From NCBI GenBank assembly GCA_003556605.1, contig PWQX01000284.1, positions 8,954 to 72,953 of the forward strand: a stretch of DNA of 64,000 nt. The letters are read 5' to 3'. Source of the stretch: Spirochaetaceae bacterium. GTDB taxonomy: Bacteria > Spirochaetota > Spirochaetia > DSM-27196 > SLAA01. Positions 10,190 to 18,531 of this stretch are shown piece by piece (positions within the stretch are counted from its first letter, which is position 1; every line of letters begins with the position of its first letter). The translations under genes were made by a program, and so were the position numbers. Under the pieces are notes generated by a model, which saw nothing but the letters and a program-made list of their open reading frames with translations, was not told the origin of the DNA and searched no databases.

Positions 10190-10969
10190 TCACGGCTTAA
10201 CGTGCTCGCGCACCGGAACACCGGCGGCAGCGAGCGCCCGCTTGATCTGGGGCACAGTATAGCCGCCGAAGTGTACCATCGACGCGATCAACGCCGCGTC
10301 GGCCTTACCCTCTCCGAGCACCGCCACCAGATGCTCAGGGGTACCCGCTCCACCGGAGGCGACCACCGGCACATTGACCGCCTCCGAGACCATACGGGTG
10401 CAGGTCAGCTCGTACCCGTCCTGCGTGCCGTCGGCGTCGATCGAGTTGAGCACAACTTCGCCGGCACCACGATTCTCGGCCTCAAGAACCCACTGCAGCA
10501 GATCACGCTCTGTATGCGTACGGCCCCCGTGGATCACCACCCGGTATCCACTCGGCATCTCGTTGTCGCGTAATGCATCCACTCCGAGCACGATACACTG
10601 ATTCCCGAACACTCGCGCTCCTGCATCAATTATCTCGGGATGGAGCACGGCATGCGTGTTCACGCTGACTTTCTCGGCACCGGCGAGAAGCATCGCGCGC
10701 ATATCTTCAACCGAGCCGATCCCGCCACCTACGCAGAAGGGAATGAAGATCTCAGCCGCGACCCGTTCCACGACCTCCCGCATTATTCCGCGCCGCTCAG
10801 CCGAAGCGGTGATATCGTAGAACACCAGCTCATCCACCCCGTCTTCGTAGTATCTTCGAGCCATCTCTACCGGATCGCCGATGTCGACATTGCCCTTGAA
10901 CTTCACCCCTTTTGTGGTCTTCCCATCACGTACGTCGAGACAGACTACGATTCGTTTCTCAAGCACCAA
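10190..10969 (-). CDS. hisF: imidazole glycerol phosphate synthase cyclase subunit
   Basis: [16 protein letters not shown]...[12 protein letters not shown]...GGGI core. The likely TTG/GTG start at 10969/10966 follows GAGGAGGAG. The ORF-track N-terminal extension overlaps hisH and is not believed. Confidence 0.85.
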   Translation of the reverse strand: MVLEKRIVVCLDVRDGKTTKGVKFKGNVDIGDPVEMARRYYEDGVDELVFYDITASAERRGIMREVVERVAAEIFIPFCVGGGIGSVEDMRAMLLAGAEKVSVNTHAVLHPEIIDAGARVFGNQCIVLGVDALRDNEMPSGYRVVIHGGRTHTERDLLQWVLEAENRGAGEVVLNSIDADGTQDGYELTCTRMVSEAVNVPVVASGGAGTPEHLVAVLGEGKADAALIASMVHFGGYTVPQIKRALAAAGVPVREHVKP

Positions 10970-10988
10970 AACATCTCCTCCTCTCGGC

Positions 10989-11594
10989 TCAGTGCGCCAA
11001 GAAATTGGCGAGCACGCGCAACCCGAACTCCCCGGATTTCTCGGGGTGAAACTGGACTGCGATAAGGTTTTCGCGCTCGATACCGGAAGCGAACGGTACT
11101 CCGTACTCGGTCCGGCACAGCCTCGCCGTCGGCTCGGCCGGATCGGGGTAGTACGAGTGCACAAAGTAAAACGACTTGTCTTGGGGAATGCCTTTGAACA
11201 GCCAATGATCGTCCCGGTAGCGCACTTGGTTCCAACCTATGTGCGGCACCTTGCGTCCCTCACCCCCCGGCAGGCGCCGTGCCACCCCCGGTATCAAGCC
11301 TAGGCAGCTCGCGTTGTTCTCCTCAGACCGATCAAGCACAATTTGGGCCCCGATACAGATCCCGAGCATTGGACGCCCACCGGAGTAGTATTCACGTAAC
11401 GCCTGCGCCAATCCCGTACGCTCGAGCACCGCCATCGCCGCCGCGGCATCGCCGACGCCGGGGAACACGAGTTTGTCGGCGTCCTTTAAACTCTCGGGTC
11501 TCGACACCACCTGAAACTCATAACCGACTCGGCGAACGGCAGTTTCTACACTGCGCAGGTTACCAGCGTTGTAATCGACGATTGCAGCTCGCAC
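10989..11594 (-). CDS. hisH: imidazole glycerol phosphate synthase glutamine amidotransferase subunit
   Basis: Class I GATase sequence (GICIGAQ catalytic Cys, FHPEKS). The GTG start lies 3 nt after the upstream stop. Confidence 0.85.
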   Translation of the reverse strand: MRAAIVDYNAGNLRSVETAVRRVGYEFQVVSRPESLKDADKLVFPGVGDAAAAMAVLERTGLAQALREYYSGGRPMLGICIGAQIVLDRSEENNASCLGLIPGVARRLPGGEGRKVPHIGWNQVRYRDDHWLFKGIPQDKSFYFVHSYYPDPAEPTARLCRTEYGVPFASGIERENLIAVQFHPEKSGEFGLRVLANFLAH

Positions 11595-11597
11595 CCC

Positions 11598-12623
11598 TCA
11601 CTCCATACTAGGGCCGCTTGGCGCACCCGCCGCGAGTTCGGTCACGCTGCCCACAAACAGTGCTCCGATCATCTGTCCCATGCGGCGATCGCTCAAATGG
11701 ATACCGCTGAACCTCACGGTATCTTCACGCCGCTCAATAGTCAGGCGCTCGAGCAAGTCAGGCTGCTCGACCCCTACCTCACGTGCGATCGTCGCCGCCA
11801 TCAGCCGGAATACTACCGTAAAGGCTCGCGCATCGCGTTCGCTCGCGAAGCGCACGTCACCCACCATACCCCGCTCGCCTTCCTGCTCCTCGATTCGGTC
11901 CATAACCACGCGCAGATCGAGGATCGGCAGCTCAAACGGCAGCACACCAATCCGGTCGTAGAGCCACTGCACCGGATCCGGCATAAAGAACGACACGTCA
12001 GTCACGTCGAACTGCTCGACAACGGCCGGCGGAGCCAGAAAGCGATCGAAGGCGCGGTCCTTCGGTACAAGACCGGCGCCGATGTCTTCGGTAGCCGCGA
12101 GCAGCGTAGACGAATTCGGGAAGCTCACCTGCAGACCGGTCTCACGGTCCTGCCAGTAGCGATAGTCCTCACCGCCAATCTCGACGCGTTCACGGCTCCA
12201 GCGCGGCGAAAAACGCATAAAAAGCCCCGCGCGGCGCGGACTATAGCGTCCCGATCCCGCGAAATACATCTGCGGAGCACCATCGCCGCGCCGACCGTAG
12301 GACGCGACAATCTGCTCAGTCTGGCCGAGCAGGTTTTCTAACTGCCGCGACTCGACTCCGGCATTGGTGACAACAGCATCAAGTAGGGCTTCGGCGTGTG
12401 GGACACGCACGCCGAGGTACAGCGTCTGCCCGGCCGGAAGATACCCGGTGAGCTCCTCACCGCGGTCCGCTTCCGGCGGAGTGGCACACGCACCAAGCGC
12501 CAAGACGGCCAGCGCAAGCGCAACCCGCCCGCGAGACGCAGCCGCTACGATAGATGTTTTACGTCGCCCGTTCAAGCGCGATAGAGCACTCGTACTCACC
12601 AAGCGCCACAGATTCAGCATCAT
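11598..12623 (-). CDS. hypothetical lipoprotein
   Basis: Signal peptide with lipobox LALGAC. The start is uncertain: ATG at 12623 or TTG at 12575, and both overlap the ileS 3' end. Confidence 0.55.
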   Translation of the reverse strand: MMLNLWRLVSTSALSRLNGRRKTSIVAAASRGRVALALAVLALGACATPPEADRGEELTGYLPAGQTLYLGVRVPHAEALLDAVVTNAGVESRQLENLLGQTEQIVASYGRRGDGAPQMYFAGSGRYSPRRAGLFMRFSPRWSRERVEIGGEDYRYWQDRETGLQVSFPNSSTLLAATEDIGAGLVPKDRAFDRFLAPPAVVEQFDVTDVSFFMPDPVQWLYDRIGVLPFELPILDLRVVMDRIEEQEGERGMVGDVRFASERDARAFTVVFRLMAATIAREVGVEQPDLLERLTIERREDTVRFSGIHLSDRRMGQMIGALFVGSVTELAAGAPSGPSME

Positions 12624-15600
12624 CACGGTGTTCCCATTCCAGCGCAACCGCTAAGGTTTCACTGGTAAGATAGTCTTCAAACACCTCAATCGCCTCGCGA
12701 ACCGAGTTCTCGGCGTAAAGGTACAACTTCACGCGGTCGGTGACATCAAAGCCGTCGGCCTTGCGCTTGTTCTGCACCGCACGCACGAGATCACGCACCA
12801 GCCCCTCTTGGCGCAGTTCCGCGGTGATCTCAGGGTCAAGCGCTACGGTCAAGGATTCTTCGTTGAGCACCTTGAGGTTTTCCTTCTCAGTGCGTTGAAT
12901 CACCACACTGTCTTGGGTGATGTCGATTGCCCGCCCGTTGATCTCAAGATGCAGCGACGCACCTTCGAGCAGACTCTGGATTTCGGGCGCCGAAAGCGCC
13001 TGTATTTTTTCGGCGGCAGTTTTCATGTCCTTGCCGAGCGCCTTGCCGAGCACGCGGTAGTTCGGCTTTGCGCGGTACTCGACCAAGTCTTCTTCGTTTT
13101 CGCGAAACACAACTTCCTTGACGTTGAGCTCTTCGGCGATGATCGCTTCCATCTCGCGCAGGATCTTCCGTTCCTCGGGGTCCTTTGTGACGAGATGAAT
13201 CGCCTTCAACGGCTGACGGGTGCGAAGTGAGTGTATGCTGCGAAGAGCGCGTCCCATTCGGACCGCGCGCCGCGTAGCGCCCATCTTCCGCTCCAGCGAA
13301 AGATCACGCTTACTCTCATCGGCCACCGGATAGTCGCACAGATGCACCGAGTCGGGCATCGTTTCGGTACGCAAGTTCGTGTAGATCTCTTCGGTAATGA
13401 ACGGCATGACCGGCGCCGCTACTTTAGCGAGTGTGAGCAGCACGCTGTACAGCGTCTGGTAAGCCTGCAGCTTGTCGCCGTCGTTGGCACTGCGCCAGAA
13501 GCGGCGCCGCGAACGCCGGATGTACCAGTTATTCAACAAGTCGACAAACTCAACCATAGGGTCTACCGCCCGCTGCAGATCGTAAGCGTCGAGGCTGGCG
13601 GTGACGGCGGCTATGAGTCTCTCAGCCTCCGAAAGGACCCAACGGTCCAGCGGGTTGTTCGGATCGCTTGGTCCCCTTTCAGGGCGAATGCCGTCTATAT
13701 TCGCGTAGGTGACAAAAAAGGTGTATGAATTCCACAGCGGAATGATAATGTTCTTGAGCACCTCTTTAACGCCGTCATCGGAGTACTTGAGATCTTCTCC
13801 GCGAACCACCGCCGAGTGCATTAGGAATACCCGCAGTGCGTCGGCCCCGTAGTTCTCCATCACATCCTGCGGGTCGGTATAGTTGCGCTCGCTCTTGCTC
13901 ATCTTCTTCCCGTCGGCAGCGAGCACCAGCCCGTTCACCACCACGTTCTTGAACGCCGGCGATGCAAACAACGCCGCAGCCAGCACCGTCAGCGTATAAA
14001 ACCAGCCGCGGGTTTGGTCGAGACCTTCCGAGATGAACTCGGCCGGAAAATGCGACTCAAACCACACCTTGTTCTCAAACGGATAGTGATTCTGTGCGTA
14101 GGGCATAGCTCCGGACTCAAACCAACAGTCCAGCACCTCCGGAATGCGGCGCATCGTACCCTCATCTTCGGGACACCGATAGGTGATCTCGTCGACGTAG
14201 TGCTTGTGCAGGTCGTCGGCGAGCACACCGGACTTCTCGGCTAACTCCTCGCGCGATCCGATACATTCAGTGTGATGGCAACTGTCGCAGCGCCAGATCG
14301 GCATCGGATTGCCCCAGTAGCGGTTTCGTGAAATCGCCCAGTCGCGCGCGTTCTCAAGCCAGTTGCCGAAGCGGCCATCGCGCAGGTGCTCCGGCACCCA
14401 GTTGATCCGGCTATTGGCGGCGAGCATCTTCGGCTTGATGCGCTCAACGCCGACGAACCAACTTGAGATGGCGCGGTATATCAGTGGCGATTTACAGCGC
14501 CAGCAGTGCGGATACGGGTGCGTGTACGTGTCGCGCTTGACCAGTTTGTGCTCGTCTTTCAGTTTCTTGATAATTCCCTTGTCGGCGTCTTTGACGTGCA
14601 TGCCCGCAAAATCAGTCACCTCTGCGGTGAACTGCCCCTCAGCATCCAGCGGCGTTATCACCTCTACATCGAGCTCCTTGAGCACGTTGTAATCGTCCTC
14701 ACCAAAACCCGGGGCGATATGCACGATCCCGGTGCCCTCCTCGGTGCTGACAAAATCAGCGACGTGCGTTCGGAACGCATCAGCCCCGCCGGTCTCGGCG
14801 AAGTACGGGAATAACGGCTCGTAGGTCAGACCGCCGAGCTGTTCGCCGCCCATGCGCTCGACGATCTCGTACTCATCGACACTGCGGTAGTAATCTCCCA
14901 AGCGCTCCTCAGCCAGAACGTAGTGTTCGCCGCCGGCCAAATCACGAACCCGCACGTACTGTACATGGGGACCAAACGCCAGTCCCAGGTTGGACGGCAG
15001 AGTCCAGGGCGTTGTCGTCCAGGCGAGTACGTACGTGTTCTCCATCTCATTAAGCCGAAAGCGGACCGTGATCGCGGGGTCCTGTACTTCCTGATATCCT
15101 CCGAGGTTCAATTCGAAGTTCGACAACGCCGTCGAGCAGCGCGGGCAGTACGGCAGGATGTAGTGTCCTTCGTATAGGAGCTCTTGTTCCCACAGACGCT
15201 TGACGATCCACCAGATCGTCTCCATATATGCGGGCTCCATGGTCTTGTAGTCATTGTCGAAATCAACCCAGCGGCCCGAGCGGGTGACGATGCGCCGCCA
15301 CTCCGCGGTATAGCGCAGCACAATCGAGCGGCATGCCTCGTTGAAGTTCCCCACCCCGTACGCTTCGATTTGACGCTTGCCGGAGATACCGAGCTCTTTT
15401 TCCATCTCGTACTCAACCGGCAGTCCGTGACAGTCCCACCCGAACCGTCGCTCAACCTTCTTGCCGCGCATGGTATGGTAACGCGGAACAACATCCTTGA
15501 TGGTGCCGGGTACAAAATGACCGAAATGCGGCAATCCGGTTGCGAACGGAGGCCCGTCGTAGAACACGTACTCCGGAGCGCCGTCGCGCTGAGACACCGA

Positions 15601-15690
15601 GCGCTCAAAGACCTTGTTCGCTTCCCAGTTCTTGAGGATTTGCACCTCCATTTCGGGGAAACTGACCCTTGGATCTACCGCTTTGAACAA
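12559..15690 (-). CDS. ileS: isoleucine--tRNA ligase (type 2, eukaryote-like)
   Basis: HFGH (PHFGHF) and KMSKS motifs and a 1043-aa length. The TTG start follows GGAGG by 5 nt. Confidence 0.92.
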   Translation of the reverse strand: MFKAVDPRVSFPEMEVQILKNWEANKVFERSVSQRDGAPEYVFYDGPPFATGLPHFGHFVPGTIKDVVPRYHTMRGKKVERRFGWDCHGLPVEYEMEKELGISGKRQIEAYGVGNFNEACRSIVLRYTAEWRRIVTRSGRWVDFDNDYKTMEPAYMETIWWIVKRLWEQELLYEGHYILPYCPRCSTALSNFELNLGGYQEVQDPAITVRFRLNEMENTYVLAWTTTPWTLPSNLGLAFGPHVQYVRVRDLAGGEHYVLAEERLGDYYRSVDEYEIVERMGGEQLGGLTYEPLFPYFAETGGADAFRTHVADFVSTEEGTGIVHIAPGFGEDDYNVLKELDVEVITPLDAEGQFTAEVTDFAGMHVKDADKGIIKKLKDEHKLVKRDTYTHPYPHCWRCKSPLIYRAISSWFVGVERIKPKMLAANSRINWVPEHLRDGRFGNWLENARDWAISRNRYWGNPMPIWRCDSCHHTECIGSREELAEKSGVLADDLHKHYVDEITYRCPEDEGTMRRIPEVLDCWFESGAMPYAQNHYPFENKVWFESHFPAEFISEGLDQTRGWFYTLTVLAAALFASPAFKNVVVNGLVLAADGKKMSKSERNYTDPQDVMENYGADALRVFLMHSAVVRGEDLKYSDDGVKEVLKNIIIPLWNSYTFFVTYANIDGIRPERGPSDPNNPLDRWVLSEAERLIAAVTASLDAYDLQRAVDPMVEFVDLLNNWYIRRSRRRFWRSANDGDKLQAYQTLYSVLLTLAKVAAPVMPFITEEIYTNLRTETMPDSVHLCDYPVADESKRDLSLERKMGATRRAVRMGRALRSIHSLRTRQPLKAIHLVTKDPEERKILREMEAIIAEELNVKEVVFRENEEDLVEYRAKPNYRVLGKALGKDMKTAAEKIQALSAPEIQSLLEGASLHLEINGRAIDITQDSVVIQRTEKENLKVLNEESLTVALDPEITAELRQEGLVRDLVRAVQNKRKADGFDVTDRVKLYLYAENSVREAIEVFEDYLTSETLAVALEWEHRDDAESVALGEYECSIALERAT

Positions 15691-16087
15691 GACAACCTCC
15701 TACAGAACCGTGATCATTACATGATGATGTGTGCGGGTAGAGCACGATCTCACAGCGGGTGCACGAATAGGCCGCGGTGAACGTGCCTACTATATAAGAA
15801 AACCGGTCGGTGTGAAAAGGGACGGGAATCAAACACCGCCTCAGCGACACGGCGACCTCTTCTGATTCAAACACGCACGCGCGCACGACCGGTGTCTCGC
15901 TCAGACTGCCGAGTGGCTGATGTCGCTCGGTTCCCTCGTCCGACTCGCGTGGATACCCCTTCCGCGAAGCGGAGATCGCGTTTGTCCGAAGCTTCTTACG
16001 GCCACGAAACGGGTCGCAAGCGGTGCGGAAACCGTTGCGTGCCGGCCGACGGGATCTTCATCGCGTGAATGGTGATGTTGCTGAAAG

Positions 16088-16411
16088 TCAACTGCGGCTG
16101 TTTGTCCTACACCATCTGCTTCGGCAATCGGAAAACTGATTCGAGCTTTGTTTGACTACGATCGGGACGAGCCCGATCGACGCTGCAGGCTGATCCTGTG
16201 GGTACGGACCGCCGTCGGCCGCAAGAAGTTGAAGAATCGACTCACCGGACAACGCGTCATTACTGTTGGTGATTACATGGTTGTTTGAGAGTACAGACAC
16301 ATCGCCGTCCCTATAAGTAATTACGGCGTCAAAAGCTCTTTCGCTTCTCTCTACAAGATTCTGATTACTTGGATCGAGGACAGCGGGTGTTTGAAACTCA
16401 CGCCGTTTCAC
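16088..16411 (-). CDS. hypothetical small protein (107 aa)
   Basis: ORF whose ATG overlaps the stop of the upstream GT4 gene (ATGA). I recognise no motif. GC looks lower than in the neighbours. Confidence 0.35.
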   Translation of the reverse strand: MKRREFQTPAVLDPSNQNLVERSERAFDAVITYRDGDVSVLSNNHVITNSNDALSGESILQLLAADGGPYPQDQPAASIGLVPIVVKQSSNQFSDCRSRWCRTNSRS

Positions 16412-17589
16412 ATAGCGACGATCTCGTGGTACAGCGCTTCGAAGCGCCGAGCCACAGTGCCCCCTTCGAACTGGTGCCGCAGCCGCTCGCTTGCTGCCAC
16501 GCAGCGCCGATAGACGTGGTCGTCTCGTACCAAAAGCTGTAACGCGCTCGCAAGCGCCTTCACGTTGCCGGGTTCGAAGCGTAGCCCGTTGTCTTGAACA
16601 AGCTCACGCATCGCCGCGGTATCGGGCGCTATCACCGGTGTGCGACAGCAAACGGCCTCCAGAACGCTGAGCGGCTGGTTTTCGCTGACGCTTGCGGTAG
16701 CGAATGCGCGCGCGTGCTGTAGCAGCCCGCTGTGCACGAGCTGCTCGCGTGGCAGCGCGCCGAGGAAGCTGACGCGCCGGGTGAGGCCCAGACGCCGAAC
16801 CCGCATACGGTAGCGCGGAGCGGCCGGCCCGTCTCCCACTACAACTAAGCGTAGATCGCCCTCGGACTCAGCAACCATCGTCATGGAGTCGATGAGCTGC
16901 TCAATCGATTTCTCTTGCGCAAGACGGCCAACATAGATCACGACGGTATGACGATACTCCGGGTAGCGTCTGCGGAGGTCGCTCAGCGGCGGATACCGGC
17001 TAAACGGCTCACAGTCCAGGCCGTTTGGAATTTGGGTGATCACGGCAGTCGGGTAGTGGTGCCTGAGCTCGGAAAGCGCCGCACGACTTGGTACCGTTGT
17101 AACGGTCGCGGCGCGTATGTAGCGGCCGTACCAGCGCCAGACTGAGCGGCGAACGGCGGGTAGTACCCTGGCCGGTATACGCCGATTGCCGAATAAGTAG
17201 TGCAGGTACTCCGGTGAATGCAGCATTGTGTGGAAGGTATGCACAACCGGTATTCCGAGACCCCGGGCGGCACGAATGCACGCCCGTCCTAGAAGCCAAG
17301 GCGCGGTGATCTGCACTACGTCCACCGCTTCGCGCACGAATACGGCACGGGCTGCACGGCTCCAGGGCAGTACAGTACGTAGACCCGGGTAGATTGGGTT
17401 TGCCCAACTGGCAGCGGTACGAACCCGAATACCCTCGCCGATCTCAGCGTCTTCACCCCCGCTTCCGCCGGGCACGATGAAAATGACCTCGTGACCAAAC
17501 CGCACGAGGTGCCGGGCCAGGTTTGTCGTGGAGGTAACCACCCCGCTGATGTGCGGGTAGGACATCTCAAAGACAAAGGCGACCTTCAT
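16408..17589 (-). CDS. GT4-family glycosyltransferase (lipid glycosyltransferase-like)
   Basis: N-terminal MKVAFVFEMSYPHISGVVTS...GHEV and a C-terminal GT1/GT4 E-x7-E-type region. It is a paralog of the gene at 23103-24323. Confidence 0.75.
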   Translation of the reverse strand: MKVAFVFEMSYPHISGVVTSTTNLARHLVRFGHEVIFIVPGGSGGEDAEIGEGIRVRTAASWANPIYPGLRTVLPWSRAARAVFVREAVDVVQITAPWLLGRACIRAARGLGIPVVHTFHTMLHSPEYLHYLFGNRRIPARVLPAVRRSVWRWYGRYIRAATVTTVPSRAALSELRHHYPTAVITQIPNGLDCEPFSRYPPLSDLRRRYPEYRHTVVIYVGRLAQEKSIEQLIDSMTMVAESEGDLRLVVVGDGPAAPRYRMRVRRLGLTRRVSFLGALPREQLVHSGLLQHARAFATASVSENQPLSVLEAVCCRTPVIAPDTAAMRELVQDNGLRFEPGNVKALASALQLLVRDDHVYRRCVAASERLRHQFEGGTVARRFEALYHEIVAM

Positions 17590-17616
17590 GCTGCCCCTAG
17601 TTCATGCTGCCCCTAG
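17585..17616. repeat. perfect 16-bp tandem duplication TTCATGCTGCCCCTAG x2
   Basis: Copies lie at 17585-17600 and 17601-17616. They span the GT4 start codon (17587-17589) and the vapC stop codon (17613-17615). Confidence 0.95.
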
Positions 17617-18047
17617 AGGGAGGGGTCCAAGGTTTTTAGGTACCCCGCTCTGCCGTAATCCAGTAGCGCGGTATCCGCGGAGAGCACCACTGCTCCTAAC
17701 CTGCGGGCAGTAGCCGCGATTACCCGATCGATTAGATCGCCCTTAAACGCCCCGGGCAGGCGCGCCGCCTCCATAGCGATAGCTTGCTCAAGCTGCGTAA
17801 GGACCAAGCCCGGAGTCGAGAGCGCTTGAGTGATCCAGTCGTCGAGTGCTAGGGCAAAGCTCACCCGTCCCGAGCTTTCAAGTTTCGTTAACTCGAAGAC
17901 CGAAACGCTGCAGAGATGCAGCTGGGTGTGCTCTGAGGCCTGTTCAATCGCACGGCGGGCGGGCTGCGAGCGAAGCTCAGTTGCGTCTTCCATAGCCCAG
18001 ACCCACACATGCGTATCGAGGATCACGGCTTCGGTATCACTCATCAA
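17613..18047 (-). CDS. vapC: PIN-domain toxin (VapC-like)
   Basis: ILDTHVWVW N-terminus and four spaced acidic residues (D11, E52, D105, D124). It overlaps the upstream antitoxin gene by 11 nt. Confidence 0.8.
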   Translation of the reverse strand: MMSDTEAVILDTHVWVWAMEDATELRSQPARRAIEQASEHTQLHLCSVSVFELTKLESSGRVSFALALDDWITQALSTPGLVLTQLEQAIAMEAARLPGAFKGDLIDRVIAATARRLGAVVLSADTALLDYGRAGYLKTLDPSL

Positions 18048-18237
18048 GTAAGCTGCCGCGCCGGGTTACCGTGCCCCGCAACCTCCCGATCACCGGCTGC
18101 GGCTTGGGCTCCGCAACCTGCGAAAGCTGTGCCACGGCGCGCCCCCGCTTGGTGATCACGATGCGCTCGTGGGTCTCGTGCACCCGATCCATCAGCTGTA
18201 AGCATTTGGCCTTGAACTCTCCGGCCTTGATCTGCAT
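18037..18237 (-). CDS. Phd/YefM-type antitoxin
   Basis: 66 aa with an AGEFKAKCLQLMDRV...ERIVITKRGRAVA fold signature, immediately upstream of the PIN toxin. Confidence 0.75.
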   Translation of the reverse strand: MQIKAGEFKAKCLQLMDRVHETHERIVITKRGRAVAQLSQVAEPKPQPVIGRLRGTVTRRGSLLDE

Positions 18238-18268
18238 ACAACCGCCTCCCAGTTTGGTGGTGCTTGCA

Positions 18269-18311
18269 ATATTACCATGGTCATATTACCATGGTTATTT
18301 TACACGTGCAA
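18269..18311 (-). promoter_or_regulatory. toxin-antitoxin promoter TTGCAC-N17-TAATAT overlapped by two 13-bp direct repeats ATATTACCATGGT
   Basis: Repeats lie at 18269-18281 and 18283-18295, each with the palindrome ACCATGGT. The -10 is at 18288-18283 and the -35 at 18311-18306 on the minus strand. Confidence 0.6.
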
Positions 18312-18393
18312 GCCAATTCTTCAGTTTTCTTCGCGGCGTCTTCCCGTTTCCGCCGCCTTTACTCCGGTTTTCCGCGCGAGGCGCCCACCCAAC

Positions 18394-18423
18394 TTGAACG
18401 ACGAGCAGTAGGAGCGATATACT
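18394..18423 (+). promoter_or_regulatory. candidate promoter TTGAAC-N18-TATACT for the 1520-aa gene
   Basis: The -35 is at 18394-18399 and the -10 at 18418-18423, about 108 nt upstream of the ATG at 18532. Confidence 0.4.
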
Positions 18424-18531
18424 CGCCTTATTGCTTTTTGGGATCACCGCTACTCCCTTGCGATGTAATTACTTCCGGAAGGCGGCGTTAAGTCTTAGCG
18501 GCGTGGCAAGCCTTCCAAAGGATCACCCTCT

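Noticed and set aside
15691-16087. T-box riboswitch upstream of ileS
   Set aside because: A GCGATGAAGA-like start and an ...ACCGCGG segment (TAGTAGGCACGTTCACCGCGG) are reminiscent of T-box leaders. The conserved GGGTGGTACC core with its UGG tRNA-acceptor-pairing bulge is absent. I found no convincing specifier loop with an Ile codon and no terminator/antiterminator alternative.
15691-16087. RNase P RNA, tmRNA or SRP RNA hidden in the 397-bp gap
   Set aside because: The hallmark strings are absent on both strands: GAGGAAAGTCCGGGC for RNase P, a GGGG...tag ORF...CCA 3' end for tmRNA, and GGAAGGAAGCAGC for the SRP domain IV.
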